This document shows, in pieces, positions 9,999-20,251 of a stretch of DNA of 64,000 nucleotides (position 1 is its first letter; every line of letters begins with the position of its first letter). Source of the stretch: Microcoleus sp. (GTDB taxonomy: Bacteria > Cyanobacteriota > Cyanobacteriia > Cyanobacteriales > Microcoleaceae). Below the pieces are notes generated by a model, which did no database searches, was not told where the DNA came from, and was given only the letters and a program-made list of their open reading frames with translations. The stretch covers positions 576,001 to 640,000 of the forward strand of contig JAYFMW010000006.1 in the NCBI GenBank assembly GCA_042408215.1, written 5' to 3'. The translations under genes and the position numbers were made by a program.

Positions 9999-10949
9999 AT
10001 GTCCCGCACCGTCACCTACAGCCCTGCTTATACCCTCGTTCCCACTTACGAGTGTTTTAACCGCTGCACCTATTGCAATTTTCGAGCTGAACCACTGGAA
10101 AGTCCTTGGCTGACACTACCAGAAGCCCAAAAACGGCTACTGCAACTGCAAACTCAAGGTGTGATTGAAATTCTCATCCTCAGTGGCGAGGTACATCCCC
10201 AAAGTCAACGGCGCAAAGCTTGGTTTCAGCGGATTTACGAGCTCTGTGAACTCGCACTTACTCTAGGATTTTTGCCCCATACTAATGTGGGCCCACTCAG
10301 TTTTGAGGAGATGGCCCAGTTAAAACAGGTGAATGTCTCAATGGGGCTGATGTTAGAACAGTTAACGCCGAGCTTGCTAAAAACAGTTCACCGACACGCA
10401 CCCAGTAAAGTGCCAGCCCTGCGGCTGCAACAGTTAGAATGGGCTGGGGAATTGAAAATTCCGTTTACAACTGGTTTGTTGCTGGGAATCGGGGAAAGTG
10501 AGGCAAATTGGGTGGAGACATTAGAGGCGATCGCCCGAATTCATTCCTGTTATCATCATATTCAAGAAGTTATCCTTCAGCCTCACAGTCCGGGAAATAA
10601 ACAAAGTTGGGATGGTGAAGTTTTTGATGTTACAAAAATGCCGGAATTAATTGCGATCGCCCGCAGCATTTTACCTGATGAAATCGCCATCCAAATTCCG
10701 CCCAATTTAGTTACACAGCCAGAAATATTACTTGCTTGTTTAGAAGCAGGTGCTAGAGATTTAGGAGGAATTGGGCCACTGGATGAAGTCAATCCCGATT
10801 ATCCTCACCTACAACACCAAACTTTAACAGAAATTTTAGCAGCAGCGGGATGGCAACTCGTAAAGCGTTTGCCAGTTTATCCTCAGTACGATAAATGGCT
10901 GCCCCAGACATTACAAACCGCTGTCAAACACTGGAGAGTTAATGATTAA
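9999..10949 (+). CDS. cofG: FO synthase subunit CofG (radical SAM)
   Basis: TYECFNRCTYCNF CX3CX2C motif; IPFTTGLLLGIGE; DLGGI..DEVNPDYP. Confidence 0.9.
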   Translation: MSRTVTYSPAYTLVPTYECFNRCTYCNFRAEPLESPWLTLPEAQKRLLQLQTQGVIEILILSGEVHPQSQRRKAWFQRIYELCELALTLGFLPHTNVGPLSFEEMAQLKQVNVSMGLMLEQLTPSLLKTVHRHAPSKVPALRLQQLEWAGELKIPFTTGLLLGIGESEANWVETLEAIARIHSCYHHIQEVILQPHSPGNKQSWDGEVFDVTKMPELIAIARSILPDEIAIQIPPNLVTQPEILLACLEAGARDLGGIGPLDEVNPDYPHLQHQTLTEILAAAGWQLVKRLPVYPQYDKWLPQTLQTAVKHWRVND

Positions 10950-11115
10950 TCACTCTTACTCTTATTTTTTAGTCCGCGCTTGAGTGGACTTCGTTTGACA
11001 AGAAGCGGTTTAAACCGCCAAGTGATATCAAATCCGTTGGTATCGGAATTATTCATCTCTCTTCTCTTCCTCAGCGCCCTCTGCGCCCTCTGTGGTTAAA
11101 TCATCCAGAAACATT

Positions 11116-11892
11116 TCAAATCAAAGAACCACCACCATCAATCCAGACCTCAGTACCTGTGATGAAACTGGAGGAGTCTGAGACTAAAAATAAAACTAAT
11201 TTGGCAACTTCTTCACTAGAACCTGCGGTATTATTAGTCAAAGGAATCAGATCGCGAATGAAATCCGCCACTCCTAGAATGCGATCGAGATTTCGCTTAA
11301 TAGCACTTTCCTCAATACCAGTCAGCACCCCACCCGGACAGATCACATTAACTCGGATTTTGCTAGCAGCGAGTTCTAGGGCTAACATTTTTGCAAAGGT
11401 TACTTGAGCAGCTTTAGTACAAGCGTAGGCTGTAGCACCAACTTTCCTGAAACTTCTAGTGCCATTAATCGATGATGTAATGACAATCGAACCGCCTTGT
11501 TTTTTAAGATGAGGAACAGCATACTTTACCGTCAAAAATGTTCCTCTGAGGTTAGTATTAATTGTCCGATCCCACTCATCCGGTTCGATATCTTCTATCG
11601 GCGACCATACACCATTAATCCCCGCATTTACAAACAAAATATCAATTTTTTGATACTCGTCAAAAATTGTTTTAAATGCCTGTTGCATTTGCTGAGAATC
11701 TCCCACATCTGCGACAACTGCCAGTCCACAGCCGCCTTGATTGACCAACTGGCGGACGGTTTCTTGCCCGCTATCTAGAATGCGATCGATAATAGCAACT
11801 TTTGCGCCTTCCTTGGCCATTAAAATTGCTGCTGCACGACCAATCCCCGACCCACCGCCAGTAATAACGGCAACTTTATCTAAAAGATTCAT
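11116..11892 (-). CDS. Short-chain dehydrogenase/reductase
   Basis: TGGGSGIG, NAG and YACTK motifs. Confidence 0.93.
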   Translation of the reverse strand: MNLLDKVAVITGGGSGIGRAAAILMAKEGAKVAIIDRILDSGQETVRQLVNQGGCGLAVVADVGDSQQMQQAFKTIFDEYQKIDILFVNAGINGVWSPIEDIEPDEWDRTINTNLRGTFLTVKYAVPHLKKQGGSIVITSSINGTRSFRKVGATAYACTKAAQVTFAKMLALELAASKIRVNVICPGGVLTGIEESAIKRNLDRILGVADFIRDLIPLTNNTAGSSEEVAKLVLFLVSDSSSFITGTEVWIDGGGSLI

Positions 11893-11960
11893 AAATTTTT
11901 ATCTATACAATATTTGAGGGGTTAAAAATATTCAAGTAACAAGAAATATATCTTGTTATA

Positions 11961-12083
11961 AAGCAACCGCCAAGGCGCTTAGGTCGCTGAGCCCTTCGAC
12001 TACGCGAGCGGGTAAACTCCGTCGAAGGGCGAGCGTGCGACGCTCCGTCGAAGTATCCTAACGGCCTTGGCGGTGGCTATATA
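11961..12083. repeat. MITE-like element with terminal inverted repeats and an internal palindrome
   Basis: agcaaccgccaagg ... ccttggcggtggct; internal cccttcgac...gtcgaaggg. Confidence 0.6.
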
Positions 12084-12089
12084 TATAGT

Positions 12090-12197
12090 TTCCGGTTGCA
12101 TCGGTATTGTTCAAACAGTCAACATTCAACAGTCAACATTCAACAATCAACAATCAACATTCAACAATCAACAATCATCTGACGGTGCAACCGGAAT
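12090..12197. repeat. Inverted-repeat element enclosing heptamer tandem repeats (STRR3-like CAACA(G/T/A)T)
   Basis: ttccggttgca ... tgcaaccggaa flanks about 9 heptamers; related ends at ~25469 and ~31054-31145. Confidence 0.65.
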
Positions 12198-12227
12198 TGA
12201 TATTACTTATTACTTGTTATACGGTGT

Positions 12228-13706
12228 TTAGGATTGTGGAATCCAGACAGAAACGGAACCACCATTACACCTAAAGTCTGCCCAACCTTCGTTATTAGTT
12301 GTGATAGATTCTTTGATGTTTTCGGTGATGTCAATATAGGTGCGATTCGGTTGTCCGACTTCCATAAACTTGCTGCCCTCACCCCCGTTACTCAGTACCA
12401 CAGCCATGCCACCTGGATGTTCTTCATCTCCGAGTCGCGTCCAGCCAATTGTATTAGCGTGGTCAAAGTAATCGTATTGATTGCCGTAGGAATAGCTTTG
12501 GCGGGCCAACAGGAATTTATCAATAATCCACTGATGTTTGTCTAACCAAATCTCGTATTCCTTGCCATCTTTTCCTGTATCCTTATAATGATCGCCGTAA
12601 TAATCGGGGGAAAAAATGCAGGGATATCCTTCACGCCGCAGCAGGATTAAAGCATAAGCAAGGGGTTTAAACCAAGACTCGACAACAGATTCTAGGGATT
12701 GTAAGGGTTGGGAATCATGGTTATCAACCAGGGTAACGGCGAGGGTTGGTTGCTGTTGAACAAGGGTGCCGTCAAAAATTGTTCGCAAGTCATAGTTATT
12801 GCCGGATTTGCTTGCCGCGTGGAAATTGTAGTGAAGGGGTGCGTCAAATAAGGCGACTTTACCATCGGTAACAGTAATGAAGTGGTGCAATGCTTCGACT
12901 TCATAAGACCAATATTCACCGACGGCAAATAGGTCGCGTTTGGCATAGTTGCGAACGTGTTCTAACCATTCTTGGAAAAATTCTGCTGATACGTGTTTGA
13001 CGGCATCGAAGCGAAAACCGTCAACGTTTGTTGTATCGACATACCACTCACCCCAGTATTTTAATTCCCCGGTGACTTCTGGGTTGTCCATATCTAAATC
13101 GCAACCCATGAGGTAGTCAAAATTACCTTTTTCTAAGTCTACTTCTCGATCGAATTCTTTGCCTTTGAGCAAGTAAATGGCATTTGCGCCTGTATTGTAA
13201 ACGTTGTAATCAATGGCGTCAAAATGCCACCAATGCCACTCCATGCTGGAATAGGTTTTGCCACGGCCAGGGAAGGTAAAATGCGTCCAAGCTTTAATTT
13301 TTTGATATTCGCCTACTGTGGCATTGCGGTCATCGGGATTGAAGGGTGTGGCTTCGGCTTCTTCTTCGGCATCAGCACCTAATTTGTGGTTGAAGACAAC
13401 ATCGGCATAAATCCGAATTCCTGCATCTTGTGCAGCTTTGATCGCCCGCAAATACTCATCTTTTGTCCCGTATTTCGTCCGTACCGACCCTTTTTGATCG
13501 AACTCGCCTAAATCAAATAAGTCGTAGACGCCGTAACCCACATCCATACCGCCGCCCGTTCCTTTATATGCGGGTGGCAACCAAAGGGATGTAACGCCTA
13601 TTTTGGCTAAATCTTTTGCAGATTCGGCTAGCTGATTCCAGAGGTTGCCGTCAGCGGGGGTGTACCAGTGGAAATATTGCATCATCACGCCATTGACTTC
13701 AGACAT
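12228..13706 (-). CDS. Alpha-amylase (GH13, cytoplasmic AmyA type)
   Basis: DVVFNH, GFRFDAVKH, VGEYW and VDNHD conserved regions. Confidence 0.93.
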   Translation of the reverse strand: MSEVNGVMMQYFHWYTPADGNLWNQLAESAKDLAKIGVTSLWLPPAYKGTGGGMDVGYGVYDLFDLGEFDQKGSVRTKYGTKDEYLRAIKAAQDAGIRIYADVVFNHKLGADAEEEAEATPFNPDDRNATVGEYQKIKAWTHFTFPGRGKTYSSMEWHWWHFDAIDYNVYNTGANAIYLLKGKEFDREVDLEKGNFDYLMGCDLDMDNPEVTGELKYWGEWYVDTTNVDGFRFDAVKHVSAEFFQEWLEHVRNYAKRDLFAVGEYWSYEVEALHHFITVTDGKVALFDAPLHYNFHAASKSGNNYDLRTIFDGTLVQQQPTLAVTLVDNHDSQPLQSLESVVESWFKPLAYALILLRREGYPCIFSPDYYGDHYKDTGKDGKEYEIWLDKHQWIIDKFLLARQSYSYGNQYDYFDHANTIGWTRLGDEEHPGGMAVVLSNGGEGSKFMEVGQPNRTYIDITENIKESITTNNEGWADFRCNGGSVSVWIPQS

Positions 13707-13896
13707 AATTGAGTTTCTCCTGTTTTGTCAAGCTGCGGGCGATATTTTTTGTTACTAATTAGTATAGCTATGCCTGCAATCTTTGGTCAATAGATATCAT
13801 AAAAGATGGGGTAGATCAAAACAATCTATCTGTTGATGGATTGACAAAAAACATAAATTTGATCTTAAAATCTTTCAGAACATTTAAAAACATTAA

Positions 13897-14039
13897 TACC
13901 AATTTTTTATGAGGCTGCATAGAATCTGATCCCCCCTAACCCCCCTTAATAAGGGGGGGACAAGATTCTTCTCAAAGTCCCCCTTCTTAAGGGGGATTTA
14001 GGGGGATCGAAATATATGCAACTTCACATTAAATTGGTA
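13897..14039. mobile_element. MITE family A, copy 1 (TIR taccaattt; TAA target duplication)
   Basis: TAA[tacca...tggta]TAA; near-identical ends at 25617 and 56015. Confidence 0.8.
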
Positions 14040-14866
14040 TAAGAGGTTGTTGCTTCTGTGGTAATTCGCTCAACTCTGGTGTTCCAAGTGCCATCGATCG
14101 CCAATTCGAGCAACCTAAATCCAGGCGGGATTTGGTCAACTATAATCGGATGGCTTTTTGGTAAAAGTTGGAGACAGGTACTGGGCGTGCCCAAGTAGGA
14201 AACGGGGCCCCGCTGTTGGTGGAATTCTTGGTGAATGTGGCCACAGAGGACGATTTTTATTTGAGGGTATCGATCGACAATAGCAAAAAATTCATCAGAA
14301 TTGTGCAGCATCATCTTGTCCATTATTTCACAGTCGATCGCCAATGGATGATGGTGCAAGGCGATCGTCACAAATCGATCGCCCGTTTGTTGCAATTGAG
14401 AGTCCAGCCAATCCAAGCTTTCTGGGGAAAGTTTGCCGCCATCGCATCCCGCTTCCACACTCGAAAGCAAGAGAAATTGCCAGTTTCGGAGGTTCCACGA
14501 TTTTTCTGGGGAAATAGGCGGCTTATCTAATATTTGCTGCATTACCGGCAAGTTGTCGTGATTCCCAGGTATCCAGTAAGTGGGGATGTTTAGGGGGGAA
14601 ATCAGGGAGGCCAGGATCTCGTAGGATTCGGGTGTTTCATCTTGGGATAAGTCCCCTGTCAGCAGGAGTAAGTCTGGCTGGGGCTGGATCTGTTGCAGCC
14701 GTTCGAGAACTGCTTGGAGGGTGCGGGCGGTTGAGAGGCCTTTCCAGGTGCGATCGAACTCTGCAAACAAGTGAGTATCGGTGATTTGGGCGACGAGTAG
14801 GGGAGAAGCGGGTGTCATGGCTGGTGTTGCGGGCGATCGATCTAATTCTAGAGTACCCTGTCGCAA
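14024..14866 (-). CDS. cpdA: 3',5'-cyclic-AMP phosphodiesterase (Icc/CpdA metallophosphoesterase)
   Basis: DTH, GDLS, GNHD, HH and GHIH motifs; true start may be MTPAS at ~14818. Confidence 0.85.
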   Translation of the reverse strand: MRQGTLELDRSPATPAMTPASPLLVAQITDTHLFAEFDRTWKGLSTARTLQAVLERLQQIQPQPDLLLLTGDLSQDETPESYEILASLISPLNIPTYWIPGNHDNLPVMQQILDKPPISPEKSWNLRNWQFLLLSSVEAGCDGGKLSPESLDWLDSQLQQTGDRFVTIALHHHPLAIDCEIMDKMMLHNSDEFFAIVDRYPQIKIVLCGHIHQEFHQQRGPVSYLGTPSTCLQLLPKSHPIIVDQIPPGFRLLELAIDGTWNTRVERITTEATTSYTNLM

Positions 14867-14972
14867 GGGTTTTGGGGATGTGGGAACAAAGGGCGATGGA
14901 AATTTTTGAGAAAAGTGTTGAAATAATCAAGATTTGGTGTAAGATAAAAAAGCGTCAAATTTCTGACGTGAC

Positions 14973-15043
<71 letters not shown>

Positions 15044-15192
15044 TAATTTTTAGTATTTTTAATAAGTCTTAAATGCTTGTGTGACAAGGTTTTTGGGTTT
15101 GTTATAGATTGTAAATTGTATTTAAATGTGCATAATTGATTGCGGAAAGTAATGCAAATTTAATGCAATGCAAAAAGTGCTGACCATTAAGA

Positions 15193-15506
15193 CCAGAGTG
15201 GGCAGAATAGTGGGAGCTAGCGGACATTAAGAGACCACCTGTTACGGGTGAATGCCATGCTGATCTTGGCGATCGCGTTTGTAAGTTTTTGCCTGATCGC
15301 CCTTCGACTTTTGCGCTTACGATTTGCGCCACGCTTGGGCGATTCGAGCGATTCGTTTCCGGCTAGATTCCTCGCTGGCTGCTAAACAGATGGGGCACAG
15401 CTTAGCCACGCATACGCAAACCTATCACCTGGCTCTCAATGAGCGCGAACAGCAGCGAGCTTACGATCGGATTTTGTCGCTGCACGCGCTTTCTGACTAC
15501 ACTTAG
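15193..15506 (+). pseudogene. Tyrosine recombinase (integrase) C-terminal remnant
   Basis: YDLRHAWAIR..MGHS..HTQTY catalytic motifs; upstream part has an in-frame stop and a frame change; no N-terminus. Confidence 0.8.
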
Positions 15507-15582
15507 ATTTTGGATTTTCTACCTAACACAGCATCATAGGGGCGTGGTTGTGCTTACGTGCCTCCCACTACAACAATTTCCA

Positions 15583-16506
15583 CTAACTGTCCTCAAGTAT
15601 TCTCAGATTTGGCAACTGTCTGATCGCTTGTGGGATGGAAATAATCTGATCCCCTTCGATGTCAAGGTATCTCAGGTTGAACAGTTGTCCGAGCGATTCT
15701 GGAATGGAGGTAATCGGATTACTTCCAATGCTAAGCTCTGTCAGATTCGACAGTTGCCCAAGCGCCTCTGGGATGGAGGTAATCTGATTATCAGAAAGGT
15801 AAAGCAGTTGCAGATTATACAGTTGCCCAAACGCTTCTGGTATGGAGGTGATCTGATTACCAAAAAGAATAAGGTCTGTCAAATTCGACAGTTGTCCAAG
15901 CGTCTCTGGAATGGTTCTAATTTGATTATCGTTGAGATCAAGCTTTCTCAGATTGAATAGTTGCCCAAGCGCCTCTGGTATGGAGGTGATCTGATTACTG
16001 TCGAGGTGAAGCTCTGTCAGGTTTGATAGTTGCCCGATCGTTTCAGGTATAGAGGTAATGCGATTTCCTCTGAGGTTGAGTTCTGTCAGGTTTGACAGTT
16101 GCCCGACAGCTTCAGGGATGGAGGTAATGCGATTGTAGCTGAGGTCAAGCTTAGTCAGGCTTGACAGTTGCTCTATCTCTCCAGGGATGGAGGTAATGCG
16201 ATTTGAATAGAAGTTCAGCTCTGTCAGATTTGATAGTTGCCCGATCGCTTCAGGGATGGAGGTAATGCGATTTGAACCGAGGTTAAGTATTTTTAAGTTG
16301 GTTAATTCAAGGACAGCATTAGGAAACTCAGTTAACCTATTTCCAACCTGTCTGTCTTCATCTTGGCCCAACAGCAAAGTTTCAAGTTTTATGCACTTGG
16401 CAATTTCTGGTGGCAACTTTTTCAACTTCAGCCCCGACAAATCCAGTTTTGTCGAATTCTCCTCAGATGCTTGATCGATTCTCTGCACTGCTTTCTCTCG
16501 CGTCAT
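15583..16506 (-). CDS. Leucine-rich repeat protein (about ten 23-aa LRRs)
   Basis: Repeats of LSNLTELxLxxNxITSIPEAxGQ. Confidence 0.92.
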   Translation of the reverse strand: MTREKAVQRIDQASEENSTKLDLSGLKLKKLPPEIAKCIKLETLLLGQDEDRQVGNRLTEFPNAVLELTNLKILNLGSNRITSIPEAIGQLSNLTELNFYSNRITSIPGEIEQLSSLTKLDLSYNRITSIPEAVGQLSNLTELNLRGNRITSIPETIGQLSNLTELHLDSNQITSIPEALGQLFNLRKLDLNDNQIRTIPETLGQLSNLTDLILFGNQITSIPEAFGQLYNLQLLYLSDNQITSIPEALGQLSNLTELSIGSNPITSIPESLGQLFNLRYLDIEGDQIISIPQAIRQLPNLRILEDS

Positions 16507-16600
16507 GTTCTTTGCCTCTCAGTGAAATTCATTTTAGTGTGACTATGATTTTAGTCTATCTCTCGTCTATCAAGTTCTTCTTTCCGCAGTAAAACTTAGC

Positions 16601-16743
16601 TAAAACTGTCCGAAATTTCGGACAGTTTTAGGGTAGTGGTATTTCGTAAAGGACAGAGTAAAATACTCTATTTTGGAAGTCAGACTGGGTAAGACTCCTC
16701 GAAAGGTCGATTATTCTTCATCCTTTACGAAAAGACACTACCC
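16601..16743. repeat. 30-bp perfect palindrome abutting a 113-bp element with imperfect 23-bp inverted ends
   Basis: taaaactgtccgaaatttcggacagtttta; gggtagtg..ttcgtaaagga / tcctttacgaa..cactaccc. Confidence 0.65.
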
Positions 16744-16785
16744 GTACTCCTACGCGATATTTGATTTTTTGTAGATGTCTATTGA

Positions 16786-17415
16786 CTACGATCGCAAATC
16801 CTCGATCAGTTTTTCTATAGCCATACTTTTTGTGGTTTCATCCGGAAGATAATTAAACACTTTCTGTAAAAGTTCTATACACGCATTTTTAATAAACCAA
16901 TCTTCACCCGGATTATCCCCAAGATTCAAAAAATACTTTAAACGTTCCTCTATCGCTTCCTTATCTGGTTTATCCAGTTGTCCAACTCGCTCAACCCAAT
17001 CCCCCTGCGAATCTTTAAAACAGTTAGCATCAACAGTACATATCTGATGCACTAGAGCAAAGGAATTATTAGAAAGACCATTTCTCTTGGTAGAATTAAT
17101 CGGATATACTGTTGGTAAACCTTTATAGGTTTCTTGTGAAGTCAACGGAATTAGCGTCAAAGTTTGGATGTATTTAGAGTTATATTGAAATTCGTCACCT
17201 GTCCAAATGATATAAGGATGCTCTCCCCGAAAAACCCTACTAGCATTAATTACCTGGTCGCAAGAAATTGTCTGGCACTCAATCGCCCCTGGTTCATTTA
17301 TATCATAAATATGATGATGACCGAGTTTGCAACGAAGAGATACTCTATAGGGATCGATCAAATAAATCCAACCTTGACGCGGTTTTTGTCCAGCCACTCG
17401 CTCACCCCAATTCAC
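16786..17415 (-). CDS. PemK/MazF-like toxin with Cys/His-rich insertion
   Basis: QGWIY..D, HPYII, IPLTS, NGL..S.ALVHQICTVD and VGQLD match the PemK pattern. Confidence 0.72.
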   Translation of the reverse strand: MNWGERVAGQKPRQGWIYLIDPYRVSLRCKLGHHHIYDINEPGAIECQTISCDQVINASRVFRGEHPYIIWTGDEFQYNSKYIQTLTLIPLTSQETYKGLPTVYPINSTKRNGLSNNSFALVHQICTVDANCFKDSQGDWVERVGQLDKPDKEAIEERLKYFLNLGDNPGEDWFIKNACIELLQKVFNYLPDETTKSMAIEKLIEDLRS

Positions 17416-17884
17416 TCATTAACTTTTCTCTTTCTTTGTACAGATTCAGTCTCACCTGTTCCTCTGGTTCATGGCTATATTTAACCTCAATCATGGGAGC
17501 AGTGCTATACACATATTCTAGTAACTGCTTGAGTTTATCCTCTCCTGAACCAGCCCATTCTCTCCTGATGTTGTCAAGCATGAGCTTCAGACCTAAAGGT
17601 AACTTTAAATCATCCACATTACCTGCTCCCTCACCAAGTCTGATGAATATACTTTCTCCCTGAGATTCTTGCAAAATCTCTTTGCCATTCATTTGATTTA
17701 AAGCAGCGTTAATGTCTTCGTTCCAAGGCCCATAGTAATAATAACGCCAATCTAACTCAGTAAGCTGTTTTTCTGTCCATTTGACTGCATAAAGATCGGC
17801 TAAGTACAAAAATTTGATTAACTGCGTTTTTGTAATATAGCCTTTGGTTGCGTAAACAAAATACTCGATCAGGGTTTCCAGCAT
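17402..17884 (-). CDS. Panacea-domain (DUF4065/SocA-like) antitoxin
   Basis: TQLIKFLYLAD..W..YYGPW..Y.TAPM pattern; overlaps the toxin gene by 14 nt. Confidence 0.75.
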   Translation of the reverse strand: MLETLIEYFVYATKGYITKTQLIKFLYLADLYAVKWTEKQLTELDWRYYYYGPWNEDINAALNQMNGKEILQESQGESIFIRLGEGAGNVDDLKLPLGLKLMLDNIRREWAGSGEDKLKQLLEYVYSTAPMIEVKYSHEPEEQVRLNLYKEREKLMSELG

Positions 17885-18079
17885 AGCTTTCCTTCTTTTC
17901 TCTCAAAAAAAACTGTCTCCACAATTGATCTTATTACTATTTAAATTAATTTAACTTTAGTCTATTATATCATCCGCAGGAACGTTTGGCTATTAAAGCA
18001 TATAAAAAAATATGACAATTCAATTGCTAATCGCCAATCACCCCAAGGCAATTAGCAATTAGCAATCTTACCCAAACAA

Positions 18080-18550
18080 TCACATTTTGCTGATAATTCT
18101 CTGCACGATTTCCACCCCTGTTACCGCTTGCCAGCCAAACAGCCCCAAAAGCGCAACATTCAGAAAGATGTGAGTATATCTGGCAAAATCATTGCCTTTT
18201 TGCATCAAAGGTGTCAGCGACGCAGAAATGGCAATTATTGCTGTCATTCCCAACCCTGCTAGCAAGTGGGAACCCACGAACAATTTGCCGTTATTGATAT
18301 AGGTGACGGCCATACCGCCGATCGCCCCCGTTACCATCAAGGCTAGCAGCAAAGAACCCATCTGGTGATGCTTGAGGTTGAATTTGCCCTTAATTAACTC
18401 TTTTTTGACCTCGCCTTCGGCACTTCTGGTGCGCCGGATTTGAACGCCGAGATACAAAGCATAAAATGAGATGGCCAGCAGTACCCACATTAACACTGGG
18501 TGGAAAAATTGGCTCCAAACTTTAACAGACTGCGGAATTTCGAGATTCAT
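18080..18550 (-). CDS. DUF4079-family membrane protein
   Basis: HPVLMW..HHQMG..HLLAG..H histidine/TM pattern. Confidence 0.75.
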   Translation of the reverse strand: MNLEIPQSVKVWSQFFHPVLMWVLLAISFYALYLGVQIRRTRSAEGEVKKELIKGKFNLKHHQMGSLLLALMVTGAIGGMAVTYINNGKLFVGSHLLAGLGMTAIIAISASLTPLMQKGNDFARYTHIFLNVALLGLFGWQAVTGVEIVQRIISKM

Positions 18551-18646
18551 GGTGCGATCGGGATTAGTAAAGATACTTCATAAAACTTAGCATACCAGTC
18601 ATGCCGTCTCATGTGATGGTAAAAACATACGGGATGAGAGGCTATT

Positions 18647-20128
18647 ATGACTGCCACTAAACAAGACGCTGTATTAATCCAAGCTGCCAAGACTGGCAAC
18701 ATTATTCACGTACAAGCCTTACTCGCTAAGGGTGTTAACGCTAACGCCAAAGACTCTGAGGGGACGACGGCTTTGATGTTTGCGGCCCAAAAGGGCTATG
18801 CGGAAATCCTGCGTATTTTACTAAAAAATGGCGCTAATGTCAACCAAGTCAGAAGGCGTTTTGGCCTGACGGCTTTGATGCTGGCGGCGGCTCACAAGCA
18901 GGCTGATTCTGTGCGGCTGTTGCTGGCTGGGGGTGCTGATGTTAATGCTAAAAATGATGATGGTAGTACGGCTTTGATGGCGGCTTGTTTGAAAGGTGAT
19001 ATCAATGTTGTGCGGCTGTTACTTGCTGCTAATGCTGATGTGAATGTGCGCGATCGAGATGGAGATTCTGCTCTGAAAATAGCTGCTTTATCTGGCAAGG
19101 AAATTGTAGTAAAAGCTTTGGCAGATGCGGGAGCTATTGCTGACAATTCTATGCTGTCTTTGGCAGTTAGTCAAGGTCGCGCTGAAATTGTGCGAATTTT
19201 GCTCAATTGTGGCGCGGATGCTAATGTTAAAAATCAAGTCGGCAAAACTGCTTTGATGCAGGCTGCGACGGCGGGAAATTTGGCTGTTGTTGAGGTGTTG
19301 TTGGCTGCTGGTGCTGATGTTAGCATTCGAGAGCAAGATGGCGAAACTGCTTTAACTTTGGCTGCTGATTTCGGTCATATTGATGTGGTGCAGGCTTTGC
19401 TTGATGCGGGTGCTGATGTGAATGTGAAAAATGGGGATGGGGGAACGGCTTTGATGGCGGCGGCTGCTGGGGGAAATGCGCCGATCGCTCTTATTTTACT
19501 TGATGCTGGTGCTGAGATCAATGCTAAGGATAAAGATGATGAAACTGCTTTAAATTTGGCTGTTGTCGAAGGCTATGAGGATGTTGTGGAATTGCTTTTG
19601 AACCGGGGTGCTAGTGTCGAGCATAGAAATCGGTTGGGCGATACGCCTTTGCTGGTAGCGGCTGTTCACGGTGACACTGCGATCCTATCATATTTGCTGC
19701 AAAAAGTCAATCAAAATAACGCTGATTTTCTGAATGCTAAAAACTTTGGGGAGACGGCTTTAACTTTGGCGGCTTTTCAGGGACATACTGAGACGGTAAA
19801 GGCTTTGGTTGAGGGCGGTGCGGATGTTAATCTCGCTGCGGATCGAGGGAAAACGGCTTTAATGAAAGCGTGCGATCGAGGTCATGTTGCGATCGCCCAA
19901 TTATTAGTTGACAACGGTGCTGATGTCAATGTGCGGGATGATTCCGGTGCAACTGCTTTAATGTGGGCCGCCCATCGGGGCTGTGCTGGTGCTGTCAAGA
20001 TTTTAATTGATGCGGGTGCTGAGCTAAATCATCAAAATTTGGGTAATTATACGGCTTTAATGCTGGCTGAGTTTAACGGTTATAAAGAGGTGGTGAAACT
20101 GCTGAAAAGTGCTGGATCGCGGGAATAA
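18647..20128 (+). CDS. Ankyrin repeat protein
   Basis: About 14 repeats of G.TALM.AA..G..VV..LL..GADVN. Confidence 0.95.
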   Translation: MTATKQDAVLIQAAKTGNIIHVQALLAKGVNANAKDSEGTTALMFAAQKGYAEILRILLKNGANVNQVRRRFGLTALMLAAAHKQADSVRLLLAGGADVNAKNDDGSTALMAACLKGDINVVRLLLAANADVNVRDRDGDSALKIAALSGKEIVVKALADAGAIADNSMLSLAVSQGRAEIVRILLNCGADANVKNQVGKTALMQAATAGNLAVVEVLLAAGADVSIREQDGETALTLAADFGHIDVVQALLDAGADVNVKNGDGGTALMAAAAGGNAPIALILLDAGAEINAKDKDDETALNLAVVEGYEDVVELLLNRGASVEHRNRLGDTPLLVAAVHGDTAILSYLLQKVNQNNADFLNAKNFGETALTLAAFQGHTETVKALVEGGADVNLAADRGKTALMKACDRGHVAIAQLLVDNGADVNVRDDSGATALMWAAHRGCAGAVKILIDAGAELNHQNLGNYTALMLAEFNGYKEVVKLLKSAGSRE

Positions 20129-20251
20129 TATCGGTCTTATACCAAGACTGGTTATGCAATTATCCTTAAGTTTGTAGTAAGGATTTAATTCCTTTCTTTG
20201 TCCGATCATCCATCGGGACTAAAGTCCTTACTACAAACCTCACTACAAACC

